Positions 30,513-40,373 of a stretch of 64,000 nt of DNA are shown one piece after another. Every line of letters begins with the position of its first letter. Position 1 is the stretch's first letter. The translations under genes and the position numbers were made by a program. A model generated the notes under the pieces. That model made no database searches. It was not told the DNA's origin and worked only from the letters and a program-made list of their open reading frames with translations. Origin of the DNA: an uncultured Anaerolinea sp. (GTDB lineage: Bacteria; Chloroflexota; Anaerolineae; JAAEKA01). The stretch is from positions 4,820 to 68,819 of the forward strand of contig CAZVGR010000007.1 of assembly GCA_964626845.1 (NCBI GenBank), read 5' to 3'.

Positions 30513-30883
30513 ACGTTGTCGACTCATCTGGCTGGTTGGAATACCTTGCCGACGGCGCCAATGCAGACTTCTTTGCTCCAGCCATCGAAGACACGGACGC
30601 GTTGCTGGTGCCATCGATCAGCATCTTCGAGGTGTTCAAGCGGGTCTTAACCCAGCGCAGCGAGGACGAGGCTTTACAGGCCAGTGTGGCGATGCAGCAA
30701 GGTCGAGTGATCGATCTCGACACATCCCTGGCCCTCGAGGCAGCAAGGTTGTCAGCAGTGCTCAAACTGCCGATGGCCGACAGCATCATCTTGGCTACGG
30801 CCCGTGCCTTCAGCGCTACCCTGTGGACGCAGGATGCTGACTTCCGGGACATCACCGACGTTCAGTTCATCGAGAAGACCTGA
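30509..30883 (+). CDS. vapC: PIN-domain toxin
   Basis: '[11 protein letters not shown]...', 'SIFEV' and 'ADSIILATA...TQDADF' are conserved PIN acidic positions. Confidence 0.85.
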   Translation: MNVVDSSGWLEYLADGANADFFAPAIEDTDALLVPSISIFEVFKRVLTQRSEDEALQASVAMQQGRVIDLDTSLALEAARLSAVLKLPMADSIILATARAFSATLWTQDADFRDITDVQFIEKT

Positions 30884-30885
30884 TC

Positions 30886-32232
30886 ATGAAGACAGTACCA
30901 CAGATCACTGCCGAGCAGGCCGCAGCACTGGTGCCCGAAGGCGCCGTGCTGATGGGCGGCGGCTTTGGCATGACCGGCAACCCGGTGCATCTGCTGCACG
31001 CGTTGGCCGACACCGGCACCCGCAACCTGACATTCATCGGCAACAACGTGGGCGAGCCGGGGCTGGGCGGCGGCCGGCTGCTGCGCAATGGGCAGATCAA
31101 GAAAGCCATCGGCTCCTTCTTCACCTCCAACCCCGAGGCGGTTAAGGCCTATCAGGCTGGACAGATCGAGATTCAACTGATCCCGCAGGGCTCGCTGGCC
31201 GAGGCGCTGCGGGCCGGCGGCGCGGGCATTGCCGGCTTCTACACCCCCACCGGCGCTGGCACCGTGGTGGCCGAAAGCACCGAGACGCGCTCGTTCGACG
31301 GCCAGAATTTTGTCTTCGTGCCCGGCCTGCGCGCTGACGTGGCCTTCGTGCGCGCCTGGCGGGCCGACACGGCCGGCAACCTGGTCTACCGCATGACCGA
31401 GCAGAACTTCAACCCGCTGATGGCCACAGCCGCCAAGCTGGTCATCGCCGAGGTGGAGGAGATCGTGCCGGTGGGCGCGATTCCGCCCGACCAGGTACAC
31501 ACCCCCGGCTGCTACGTGGACTATCTGGTGCAGGCTCACACGTCGTTGGAGGACCTGGGCACGTCGGCTTCGGTAGAGGCCAGCGGCAAGAAGGCCGACG
31601 AGAGCCGCATGGCCATGGCCCGCCGTGCGCTGGCCGAGCTACACCCCGGCGACGTAGTCAACCTGGGGATCGGCATCCCCACCCTGGTGGCCGATCTGAT
31701 CACGCCCGAGCACGGCATCACCTTGCACACCGAGAACGGCATGTTGGGCGTCGGCCCCGCGCCGGAGAGCGGCGGCGCGCTGGACTTCCCGGTCAACGCG
31801 GGCAAGCAGCCGGTGACCGCGTTGCCCGGCGCGGCCTACTTCGACAGCGCCGACAGCTTCGCCATGATCCGCGGCGGGCACGTAGACGTGGCCATCATGG
31901 GCGGTTTACAGGTGGACGAGCAGGCCAACCTGGCCAACTGGGCCGTGCCCGGCCAGCCGCTGTTGGGCATCGGCGGCGCCATGGACCTGGCCAGCGGCGC
32001 CCGGCGCTTGATCATCACCATGACCCACGTGGACGGCAAAGGCCGGCCCAAGATCGTGCCCCAGTGTACCCTGCCCCTGACCGCCCAGCGCGCCGTCAGC
32101 ATGGTCATCACCGACTGGGCCGTGTTCGAGTTTGTCGATGGCCGGTTGACCCTGACCGAGCTGCTGCCGGGTGCGACGCTGGAGCAGGTGCGGGCGGGGA
32201 CCGGAGCTCAGTTTGTCGAGGCGCTGCCCTAG
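30886..32232 (+). CDS. 3-oxoacid/acetate CoA-transferase, fused A and B subunits
   Basis: A-part '[16 protein letters not shown]...FIGNN'. B-part '[11 protein letters not shown]', '[11 protein letters not shown]' (catalytic Glu motif) and 'GIGGAMDL'. Confidence 0.85.
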   Translation: MKTVPQITAEQAAALVPEGAVLMGGGFGMTGNPVHLLHALADTGTRNLTFIGNNVGEPGLGGGRLLRNGQIKKAIGSFFTSNPEAVKAYQAGQIEIQLIPQGSLAEALRAGGAGIAGFYTPTGAGTVVAESTETRSFDGQNFVFVPGLRADVAFVRAWRADTAGNLVYRMTEQNFNPLMATAAKLVIAEVEEIVPVGAIPPDQVHTPGCYVDYLVQAHTSLEDLGTSASVEASGKKADESRMAMARRALAELHPGDVVNLGIGIPTLVADLITPEHGITLHTENGMLGVGPAPESGGALDFPVNAGKQPVTALPGAAYFDSADSFAMIRGGHVDVAIMGGLQVDEQANLANWAVPGQPLLGIGGAMDLASGARRLIITMTHVDGKGRPKIVPQCTLPLTAQRAVSMVITDWAVFEFVDGRLTLTELLPGATLEQVRAGTGAQFVEALP

Positions 32233-32233
32233 T

Positions 32234-32375
32234 GGTGCGTTAAGCACCATTTGATGGTAGCATCGGGCCTTGTGCCCGTCCGGACGCCCACAAGGGGCGA
32301 TGCTACGATGCGGTGCCCGGCACTTTGGCGACGATTCGCCCATGATGACACACTCGGCGCAAGTGCCGGGCACCT
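32234..32375. repeat. Cluster of three REP-like hairpins
   Basis: GGTGCGTTAAGCACC; GTAGCATCGGGCCTTGTG...CACAAGGGGCGATGCTAC; GGTGCCCGGCACTT...CAAGTGCCGGGCACC. The last shares its arm with 51411-51454. Confidence 0.65.
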
Positions 32376-32476
32376 GAACAACTTTGTTAACAGAGTAGTG
32401 ACAGATTGGGCGACTGATGGTACAATGCCTGCATTGAGGCCACTGCTTTCGTCTACCGAGGCCTTGATGACTAGGA

Positions 32477-35400
32477 ATGCACGAACTAATGGCACGCACC
32501 TCTCGAAATGAACGACCGACCATCGGGGTCTTGGCAGGCTGGCAATATTATTGGACTGCCACACCATTGAGCTATCTCAGCCCTATCTATCGGGGGATTC
32601 GACTGGCCGCAGCCGAGCTGGGCTGCAACCTGCTGCTGGGCTGCGGCATGGGCGCGTCGGCCAGCGCGGCCGACTTGTTGCGCCCGGCCTGGCCCATTCC
32701 TTCGCCTGAGGTCGATTTCGTGCCTATCGGGCCGTGGAACACCGATGGCTTGATCGCAGTCAGCCCGTTGCATTCGGAGATCCGTTCGCGTTACATGCAA
32801 GAGGTGATGGCGGCCGGGCATCCAGTGGTCTTCGTCGGTTCAGGCGAACAAGGCCCCACGATCCTGGCGGACAACGCCAGCGGCATCATGCAGGCCATGC
32901 GCCACCTGGCCGAGCACGGCCACCGGCGTATCGCCTTCGTCGCGGGCAGCGTGGAGGACATGGAGGGTGACAGCGGCGACCGGCTGCGAGCTTATCGAGA
33001 CTCGCTGCGCACCTTTGATCTGGTGGACGATCCGCAGCTCGTGGCATTCGGCCAGCACACCTTCGGCTCAGGCTACACGGCGATGGAGCAGATCCTGCGC
33101 TCAGGGGCGCCGTTCGGCGCCGTGCTGGCCAGTAACGACGAGTCCGCGCTGGGGGCGATCCAGGCGTTGGCCGAGGCCGGCCGCCGCGTGCCGGACGACG
33201 TGGCCGTTATCGGCTTCGACGACCGCCCGGAGAGCTCGGTGCAGCAGCCTGCGCTGAGCAGCGTGCAGGTGCCGCTGTTCAAGATGGGCTACCGGGCGGT
33301 GGAGTTGCTGCTGCGCCGCATGGCTGGCAGGGCCGCGGTCGACGAACGGGTGCTGGCGCCCACGCGCCTGATCAGCCGCGAGTCGTGCGGCTGCGGCCGC
33401 AGCGCGGTGCTGGCCGACGTGCTGGACGCCACAGCCGCGCGCCTCAGGATCACAGCTAACGGCGCGCACCATTCCCGGCTGGCGCAGCGGATGGCGGCGG
33501 CAGTGCTGGCCGAGACCCAGGCGTTGGGCGAAGAGGAGACAGTCGCCCTGTGCCAACATTTGGTGGAAACGTTTACGGCCAGCGCGGCGCAGAACGACGC
33601 TGCCCGGTTTCAGCGCAGCCTGGACGAGGTGCTGCGCCAGGTTATTGCCCGCGGCGACGACGCGCATCTTTGGCAGGTGGCGATCTCGGTCCTGCGCGCC
33701 GAGCTGCCCGGCCTGCTGGCGACCATACCTGATCTAAATGGCCTCAATGTCGTGGAGGAGGGGCGCGAGATTCTCAACCAGGCGCGCATCACCATCAGCG
33801 CGGCGATGCGCCACCAGCATCGCCAGGTCGTCGTTGACCAGCGCTGGACCGGCGACCGTATCGGCCAGCTTACGGCCCAGTTGATCAACACCCTGGACGA
33901 AACGGAGGTCTACGACACGCTGGCGCAGGCCTTGCCGCAACTGGGTATTGACCTGGCCTGGGTGGCGCTGTTGGACGGCGAGGGCGATGATCCGGTGGCA
34001 TGGAGCGTGCTGCGCTCCGTCACCTCTCCTGGGCAAAGCGAACTGCGCTTGCCCAGCCGCGAGTTCCCGCCGTCAGATTGGGTGACGCAGGATGGCCCGT
34101 TCAGTCTGGCGCTGCTGCCGCTCATCGGCGGTCGGGGTCGGGCAGGCTACGTAGCATTGGGAACGGAGCAGTTGGAGCTGAACGGCGCCATCGCTCAGGA
34201 GCTGGCGGCGGCTGTCAACACTGCGCAGTTGTACCGCGAGGCAACAGAGGGACGGCGGCTGGCCGAGGAAGCCAGTCAGATGAAAAGCCGCTTCCTTTCG
34301 ACAGTCAGCCACGAGCTGCGCACACCTCTGAATCTGATTGTTGGGCTGACCGGTCTTTTGATCCAGCAGGATCACGACGACCTCCAGTTGCTGCCCGAAG
34401 CGCTGCGGGAGGATATGGAACGCATCCACGCTAACGCCCAACATCTTGGCGGCCTGATCGGCGACGTGCTGGATATGGCCAGCAGCGATGCAGGGCAGTT
34501 GCGGCTGACGCAGGAGTACGTAGACCTGGGGCAGGCGCTGCGTGTGGTGGCAGAGACCGGCAGACAAATGGCGGCCGACAAAGGGCTGGCCTGGCGGGCA
34601 GACTTGCCAGACTCCGGCCCCTGGGTGTGGGGTGATCGGCTGCGCCTGCGCCAGGTAGCCTTGAATCTGATCAGCAATGCGGTCAAGTTTACCGAGCGTG
34701 GCGAAGTGAGCCTGCTGATGAAGTCAGAAGGGGGAGTTGTCACGGTGGCCGTGAGCGACACCGGGCTGGGCATCCCGCCGGATGAGCAACAGACGATCTT
34801 CGAGGAGTTTCGTCGCTCGGAGCGCAGCATCCTGCGCAGCTATCGCGGCCTGGGATTGGGGCTGGCGATCTGCCAACGCCTGATTGGGCTGCACCAGGGA
34901 TCGATGGGGGTTTCTTCCAGCGGCGAAGAGGGCGCCGGATCGACCTTCTTTTTCACCCTGCCGGCTGTGCCAGCGCCAGTTGCTATACCCACACCGCCGG
35001 CTGCCCTGCCACTCGTCCGGCAGCGTGTTCTGGTGCTGACCCCACCGACTGGCGGCAGCCAACGGCTGCGAGAGCATTTGACCCAGCGCGGCTTTATGGT
35101 GCGCGTCGAGCCAGCAACCGACACCCAGAGCTGGCTGGCCCAGTTGCTGGCAGACCCGCCAGGCGCAGTAGTCTTGGATGTCAGCGCGGCGCCGAACCAT
35201 GGCTGGGATGCGTTGAAGGCGATTAAAGGCAACGCGGCGACGCGCAACATCCCGGTGCTGTTCTACGCAGCCGGAGGACAGGGCAGCTCGGTGATGGAGA
35301 TCGACTATCTCACCAAGCCGGTGGAGATGGCTGAGTTGACGCGGGCGCTGGACCAGCGCTGGTTGGTGGCTGGCGTTGATGCCGCCACGCGCACCTTCCT

Positions 35401-36106
35401 GGTGGTCGACGACGATCCCAACACCCTGGAGATGCATGCCCGCATTGTGCAGAACCATGCGCCTGGCAGCCGCGTGCTCAAGGCCCACACCGGCCGCGAG
35501 GCGCTGGGGCTGCTGGAGCAAGGTACGGTCGATCTGATGCTGCTGGATTTGATGATGCCAGAGATGGATGGATTCGCCGTGCTAGAAGCCATGCGAGAAC
35601 GGGAGACTATGCGGGATATCCCCGTGATCGTAGTCACCGGCCAGGTGCTGACCGAGGCAGAGATGGCGCGGCTCAACCAGGGCGTGGTGCGGGTGCTGAG
35701 CAAAGGGGTGTTTGACCTGGACGAAACCCTGGCGCAGGTCGATATGGCGTTGCAGCGACAGCAGAGGCTCAGCAGCGAGGCGCAGCGTCTGGTACGCAAG
35801 GCCATGGCCTATATTCAGCAGAACTACCAGGAAACGTTGACACGCCAGGACCTGGCGCGCTACGTGGGCATGAGCGACGATTACCTGACTTACTGCTTCC
35901 GCCAGGAACTGGGTCTTACGCCCATCGCCTACCTCAACCGCTATCGCATCACCCGGGCTAAGCGGCTGCTCAAGGAGAGCGACAGGACCATCACCCAGAT
36001 CGCGCTGGATGTGGGTTTTTCCGACAGCGGCTACTTTAGCCGTGTCTTCCGCCGGGAGATCGGCATGTCGCCCGATGGATATCGCCGCAGCGAGGGCGCT
36101 GTGTAA
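32477..36106 (+). CDS. Cytoplasmic hybrid regulator: LacI-type ligand-binding domain, GAF-like region, histidine kinase, two receiver-like domains, AraC HTH
   Basis: LacI/GalR core ('RPTIGVLAG...', 'HRRIAFVAG', 'AVLASNDESALGAIQAL', 'VIGFDD'). HisKA 'SRFLSTVSHELRTPLN' and HATPase 'SDTGLGIPPDEQ...GLGLGLAICQRL'. REC 'FLVVDDDPN...LLDLMMPEMDG'. AraC 'IAYLNRYRITRAKRLL...GFSDSGYFSRVFRREIG'. No TM segment seen. Confidence 0.85.
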   Translation: MHELMARTSRNERPTIGVLAGWQYYWTATPLSYLSPIYRGIRLAAAELGCNLLLGCGMGASASAADLLRPAWPIPSPEVDFVPIGPWNTDGLIAVSPLHSEIRSRYMQEVMAAGHPVVFVGSGEQGPTILADNASGIMQAMRHLAEHGHRRIAFVAGSVEDMEGDSGDRLRAYRDSLRTFDLVDDPQLVAFGQHTFGSGYTAMEQILRSGAPFGAVLASNDESALGAIQALAEAGRRVPDDVAVIGFDDRPESSVQQPALSSVQVPLFKMGYRAVELLLRRMAGRAAVDERVLAPTRLISRESCGCGRSAVLADVLDATAARLRITANGAHHSRLAQRMAAAVLAETQALGEEETVALCQHLVETFTASAAQNDAARFQRSLDEVLRQVIARGDDAHLWQVAISVLRAELPGLLATIPDLNGLNVVEEGREILNQARITISAAMRHQHRQVVVDQRWTGDRIGQLTAQLINTLDETEVYDTLAQALPQLGIDLAWVALLDGEGDDPVAWSVLRSVTSPGQSELRLPSREFPPSDWVTQDGPFSLALLPLIGGRGRAGYVALGTEQLELNGAIAQELAAAVNTAQLYREATEGRRLAEEASQMKSRFLSTVSHELRTPLNLIVGLTGLLIQQDHDDLQLLPEALREDMERIHANAQHLGGLIGDVLDMASSDAGQLRLTQEYVDLGQALRVVAETGRQMAADKGLAWRADLPDSGPWVWGDRLRLRQVALNLISNAVKFTERGEVSLLMKSEGGVVTVAVSDTGLGIPPDEQQTIFEEFRRSERSILRSYRGLGLGLAICQRLIGLHQGSMGVSSSGEEGAGSTFFFTLPAVPAPVAIPTPPAALPLVRQRVLVLTPPTGGSQRLREHLTQRGFMVRVEPATDTQSWLAQLLADPPGAVVLDVSAAPNHGWDALKAIKGNAATRNIPVLFYAAGGQGSSVMEIDYLTKPVEMAELTRALDQRWLVAGVDAATRTFLVVDDDPNTLEMHARIVQNHAPGSRVLKAHTGREALGLLEQGTVDLMLLDLMMPEMDGFAVLEAMRERETMRDIPVIVVTGQVLTEAEMARLNQGVVRVLSKGVFDLDETLAQVDMALQRQQRLSSEAQRLVRKAMAYIQQNYQETLTRQDLARYVGMSDDYLTYCFRQELGLTPIAYLNRYRITRAKRLLKESDRTITQIALDVGFSDSGYFSRVFRREIGMSPDGYRRSEGAV

Positions 36107-36312
36107 GAACCAGGGCATGCCTCACCCATGCAATCATGGATCGGGCAGAGTGTGCGCAGAGAGCAAGCTCGCAAACACTGGTAAAAAGCAAGGTTTCAGA
36201 CTTACGGCGACGTTGCATTGCGCAGCGCCGCCGTTTTCTATGATCTGTCCCGACATCTCTCGCTTTTCTCCAAGTCCAAACTCGTGCTATCTTATACAAT
36301 AGTCACGTTAAT

Positions 36313-36326
36313 TGGTAGCGCTTCCA
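36313..36326 (+). promoter_or_regulatory. LacI/cre-like 14-bp palindromic operator candidate
   Basis: TGGTAGCGCTTCCA has a central CG and one arm mismatch. Compare the TGNNANCGNTNNCA pattern of LacI-family sites. It lies 23 nt upstream of the LacI-HTH ORF. Confidence 0.5.
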
Positions 36327-36348
36327 GCGCCATCCAGAAAGGAGCATC

Positions 36349-36561
36349 ATGGCCCTCACTCTGGAACAAATCGCCAAACTGGCTGGCGTTTCCCTCACAA
36401 CCGCTTCCCGCGTGATTAATGAACAGCCCAATGTGCGGCCTGAAGTGCGCGAGCGGGTCTGGCAGGTCATTCGGGAGCATGGCTATCAACCCAATCTCGC
36501 TGCTCGTTCTTTGGCATTGAAACGCTTCGATGCCGATATAAAGACTGTTCAAGACACATAA
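36349..36561 (+). CDS. Stand-alone LacI-family HTH plus hinge (70 aa), no ligand-binding domain
   Basis: 'LEQIAKLAGVSLTTASRVINEQPNVRPEVRERVWQVIREHGYQPNLAARSL' is a canonical LacI N-terminal headpiece. The ORF ends ~15 aa later. RBS AAAGGAG. Confidence 0.65.
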   Translation: MALTLEQIAKLAGVSLTTASRVINEQPNVRPEVRERVWQVIREHGYQPNLAARSLALKRFDADIKTVQDT

Positions 36562-36660
36562 CTATCAGGAGGAACCCCATTAGCTAAGCACCCACCATTC
36601 TCCACACGCATTTGATCTATTTCAACATCCAACATCCCTGTAAGAAGGAGAAGATTCCCC

Positions 36661-38103
36661 ATGTCTCGGAAACACCTGACCATCGTTGTGTCGATGCTTG
36701 TGCTGCTCAGCATGCTGCTGGCAGCCTGTGGCGGCGGCGCTGAGCCGACTGCGGCCCCGGCCCCGGCAGCTCCTGCAGCCGAAGCCCCTGCGGCTCCTGC
36801 CGCTGAAGCCCCTGCGGCCCCGGCGCCGGCGGCTGGCAGCCCTGTAACGATCCGCTGGTTCATCGGCTTGGGCGCCGGCGGCAACCCCGAGGAGATCGAG
36901 CGAGAAAAGGTCTTCGTCGAGGCCTTCAACGCCAAGTACGGCGACAAGTACAATCTGGTCATGGACGTCGTGCCCAACAACACGGCTTATGACGTGCTGA
37001 AGACCCAGATTGCCGCTGGCGACGTGCCCGACATCGTCGGCCCGGTCGGCGTGCGCGGCCTGGCCAGCTTCGAAGGCGCCTGGCTCGACCTCAATCCTTA
37101 CATTCAGGCTTCTGGCTTCGACCTGAGCGACTACGATCCGGCGCTGGTGGAGTTCTACAAGTTCGGCACCGACGCCCAGTTGTTCCTGCCGTTCTCGGTC
37201 TTCCCATCGGCGCTGTGGTACAACAAGGCCCTGTTCGACGAGGCCGGCATGGAATATCCGCCGCACCAGTGGGGCGCCCCCTATGCCGACGGCGACGAGT
37301 GGACCTGGGACAAGCTGCGCGAGCTGGCTATGATCCTGACCGTGGACGGCAACGGCAACGACGCCACTGAAGCAGGCTTCGATCCCAGAAACATCGTCCA
37401 GTTCGGCTACGACGCGCAGTGGCAAGACATCCGCGCTGACTGGAGCCATATCCACGCCGGCAGCTTCGTAGACGAGAACGGCAAGGCCTATGTGCCGGAC
37501 GTCTGGCGCACGGCTGCCAAGTGGTACTACGACGGCATGTTCGGCGACTACTTCATCCCCAACGACAGCTACGTCAACAGCGACCTGATGGCCCAAGGCA
37601 ACACCTTCGGTTCCGGCAACCTGGCCATGAACGCGGTCAACCTGTGGTTCACCTGCTGCACCGAGGGCGTAGTCTGGGACGTGGCAGCCATGCCGTCCTT
37701 CGATGGCAACCTCACCTCCAAGCTGCACGCCGACACCTTCGGCATTCTGCGGGCGGCCAAGAATCCCCAGGCCTCCTGGGAAGTCTACAGCCTGTTCATG
37801 GATGAGTTTGCCGGCGAACTGGCTGCTGTCTATGGCGGCTTCCCTGCCCGCCAGAGTCTGCAAGCAGACGCTCTGGCCGGCCTGCAGGAGCGCTTCCCTG
37901 GCGTAGACTTCCAGGTCTTCGTCGATGGCCTGGCCTATCCTGACGATCCCAGCCACGAGTCGGCGATGCCGAACTTCCTCAAGGCCAGCGATACTTACGG
38001 CGTTTTCGGCGCCAAGTATCAGAGCACGCCTGGTCTGGACATCGACAAGGAACTCGATGCCCTGGTCGTCGAGCTGCAAAAGGTCTTTGACGAAGTGCAG
38101 TAA
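36661..38103 (+). CDS. ABC sugar-transporter solute-binding lipoprotein
   Basis: Signal 'LSMLLAACGG', a Pro/Ala-rich tether (APAAEAPA x2), then family-1 SBP-like sequence. Confidence 0.85.
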   Translation: MSRKHLTIVVSMLVLLSMLLAACGGGAEPTAAPAPAAPAAEAPAAPAAEAPAAPAPAAGSPVTIRWFIGLGAGGNPEEIEREKVFVEAFNAKYGDKYNLVMDVVPNNTAYDVLKTQIAAGDVPDIVGPVGVRGLASFEGAWLDLNPYIQASGFDLSDYDPALVEFYKFGTDAQLFLPFSVFPSALWYNKALFDEAGMEYPPHQWGAPYADGDEWTWDKLRELAMILTVDGNGNDATEAGFDPRNIVQFGYDAQWQDIRADWSHIHAGSFVDENGKAYVPDVWRTAAKWYYDGMFGDYFIPNDSYVNSDLMAQGNTFGSGNLAMNAVNLWFTCCTEGVVWDVAAMPSFDGNLTSKLHADTFGILRAAKNPQASWEVYSLFMDEFAGELAAVYGGFPARQSLQADALAGLQERFPGVDFQVFVDGLAYPDDPSHESAMPNFLKASDTYGVFGAKYQSTPGLDIDKELDALVVELQKVFDEVQ

Positions 38104-38116
38104 CCATAGCGACAGA

Positions 38117-38153
38117 GAGGGAGTCAGTGCCTGGCACTGGCTCCCTCGTTTTT
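38117..38153 (+). terminator. Rho-independent terminator/attenuator between the SBP and permease genes
   Basis: GAGGGAGTCAGTGCC/GGCACTGGCTCCCTC stem followed by GTTTTT. Confidence 0.7.
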
Positions 38154-38239
38154 CTAGCAAAAGTCGCCTTGCGCCTGTTTGCCAGGAGCGGTGACTGCCT
38201 CTCTCATACCCTCAGATCGCGCCAAGGAGGACTGCGCCC

Positions 38240-39217
38240 ATGGCTGTCAAAGATCAAACTTCCGCAGCAGTGGCGGCTCAACCGGCTGTAGCCAAGCCGG
38301 GTCGCCGCGCCTCAACAAAAGCGCAGCAACAACTGCGCTGGGGCCTGTTTTTCATCTCACCCTGGCTAATCGGCTTCCTGGTGTTCCAGTTGCTGCCAAT
38401 CATTGCTACGTTGGCCCTCTCGTTCACCAACTATAATCCCGTCCAACCTGAGAACGTTCGCTGGATCGGTGTGCAAAATTACATCACCATGGCAACTGAC
38501 TCGGCAGTCTGGAAGTCGCTGCAAGTCACGTTGACCTATGCGCTGATCGCCATCCCAGCCAGCTTCATCTTCGGCCTGTTGTTAGCCTCTCTGGTCAACT
38601 CAGTGTTCCTGGTGGGCACCGGCGCTTTCCGCACGCTGTTCTACTCTACGTCAATGATCCCGGTGGTGGCGGCAGGCGTCATCTGGGCTGGTGTAGCTAA
38701 CACCCAGACCGGCTGGCTCAACCTGTTCCTGGGCGCCGTGGGCGTGCAGAACCCGCCCGACTGGCTCAACTCGACCTTCTGGATCTATCCCCTGCTGGTG
38801 ATGATCGGCTTCTGGGGGCTGGGCAACCTGATGCTGACCCTGCTGGCCGGCATGCAAGGCGTGCCTACGGAGATCTATGAGGCGGCCATGATCGACGGCG
38901 CAGGCGGCTGGCGGCGGTTCCGCAACATCACCATCCCCATGATTACACCGGTGATCTTCTACAACCTGACCTTGATGGTGATCGGCGCTTTCAAGTACTT
39001 CGACCTGGCCTACGTTCTCAAGGACGGCACGGGAGGTCCGGAAAACGCCACCCTGTTCTACGCTCTCAACTTCTACAAGAACTCCTTCGTGTACAACCTG
39101 ATGGGCTACGGATCGGCCCTGGCCTGGGTGCTCTTCCTTATCACGCTGGCCTTCACGGCCGTCCTGTTCTGGTCGCAGAGCCGTTGGGTATACTACGCTG
39201 GCGAAGGGAGGAAATAG
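38240..39217 (+). CDS. ABC sugar-transporter permease (MalF/UgpA-type)
   Basis: Six-TM pattern. 'EAAMIDGAGGWRRFRNITIP' is the EAA loop. Confidence 0.88.
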   Translation: MAVKDQTSAAVAAQPAVAKPGRRASTKAQQQLRWGLFFISPWLIGFLVFQLLPIIATLALSFTNYNPVQPENVRWIGVQNYITMATDSAVWKSLQVTLTYALIAIPASFIFGLLLASLVNSVFLVGTGAFRTLFYSTSMIPVVAAGVIWAGVANTQTGWLNLFLGAVGVQNPPDWLNSTFWIYPLLVMIGFWGLGNLMLTLLAGMQGVPTEIYEAAMIDGAGGWRRFRNITIPMITPVIFYNLTLMVIGAFKYFDLAYVLKDGTGGPENATLFYALNFYKNSFVYNLMGYGSALAWVLFLITLAFTAVLFWSQSRWVYYAGEGRK

Positions 39218-39220
39218 ACC

Positions 39221-40300
39221 ATGGCTTCCGCTGCAACAACCGCTCCCAGCAAGAGTTCTGGCCTGACCAACAGACAGCGTGATCTGCTGAGCAAGGCGAT
39301 GGTCACCTCGGTGGCTTTATTACTCATGCTGCTCTTCCTGGCGCCGCTGGGCTACATGTTCACCACCGCCATCAAGAGCGCATCCCAGATCAGTGACCCC
39401 AACGCGCCGCCCCTCTGGCCCCATTCCCCGGTGACCTTCAACTATGAAGGCCAGGAGTTGGAGCTTCTTGTCGTGCCCATGCCCAACGGCAGGACGCAAG
39501 AGTTGGCTGCCTTGCAGAAGACGCGCACGCAAACCACGTTCATCGACCCTGAGAATCCCGCCGCAGGCCAGTTCGTCTGGGAAGGCAACTGGCGAACCCT
39601 GGAGCCTGTCTACGAGCGCGATGCTCAGTGGCAGAACTTCTCGCAGGCGTGGAATGACCTGAACTTCCCGCTGCTGTTCCGCAACACCCTGATCATCGCC
39701 GTCTTTGGCACGATCGGCGCGGTGGGCTCTTCGGTGTTGGTGGCCTATGGCTTCGCCCGCTTCAACTTCAAGGGCAAGAACATCTTGTTCACGATCCTGA
39801 TCGCCACCATCGTGCTGCCGATCCAGGCCACCTTGGTGCCGACGTTCATCCTGTTCTCGACCATCGGCTGGACCAACACCTTCCTGCCGCTGATCGTGCC
39901 GCACTACTTCGCCAACGCCTATAACGTCTTCCTGCTGCGTCAGTACTTCATGCAGATTCCGCGCGATCTGGACGAGGCCGCGGCCATCGACGGCGCTAAC
40001 CCGTTGCGCATCTTCTGGTCGGTGATCCTGCCGCAGTCGATTCCCGCGCTGACGGCTGTGATCCTGTTCCACTTCTTCTTCGCGTGGAACGACTTCTTCG
40101 CTCCGCTGATCTACCTGGTGTCGAAGCCGGATCTCTGGCCGTTGTCGGTGGGCTTACAGAAGTTCAACGCCCTCTACGGCCGGCAGCCGAACCTGATCCA
40201 GGCTGGCGCGCTGATCACCCTGGCGCTGCCAGTAGTGATCTTCTTCCTGGCCCAGCGTGTATTCATGCGCGGCATCGTCTTCTCGGGCGTCGAGAAGTAA
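39221..40300 (+). CDS. ABC sugar-transporter permease (MalG/UgpE-type) with enlarged first external loop
   Basis: 'EAAAIDGANPLRIFWSVILP' is the EAA loop. It is a paralog of the partial permease at 1..578. Confidence 0.88.
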   Translation: MASAATTAPSKSSGLTNRQRDLLSKAMVTSVALLLMLLFLAPLGYMFTTAIKSASQISDPNAPPLWPHSPVTFNYEGQELELLVVPMPNGRTQELAALQKTRTQTTFIDPENPAAGQFVWEGNWRTLEPVYERDAQWQNFSQAWNDLNFPLLFRNTLIIAVFGTIGAVGSSVLVAYGFARFNFKGKNILFTILIATIVLPIQATLVPTFILFSTIGWTNTFLPLIVPHYFANAYNVFLLRQYFMQIPRDLDEAAAIDGANPLRIFWSVILPQSIPALTAVILFHFFFAWNDFFAPLIYLVSKPDLWPLSVGLQKFNALYGRQPNLIQAGALITLALPVVIFFLAQRVFMRGIVFSGVEK

Positions 40301-40315
40301 AGATTTCGGAAGCTT

Positions 40316-40348
40316 CGACGCTGGGCGCTGGGGCAGCGCCCAGCGTCG
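40316..40348 (+). terminator. GC-rich hairpin after the permease operon
   Basis: CGACGCTGGGCGCT-N5-AGCGCCCAGCGTCG. No T-tract follows. Confidence 0.45.
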
Positions 40349-40373
40349 GAGACTGACAATAAGGAGACCCTAC

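Noticed and set aside
36730-36840. Short tandem repeat in the SBP gene (APAAEAPA x2)
   Set aside because: This is an ordinary Pro/Ala-rich lipoprotein tether. It is low complexity rather than a distinct element.
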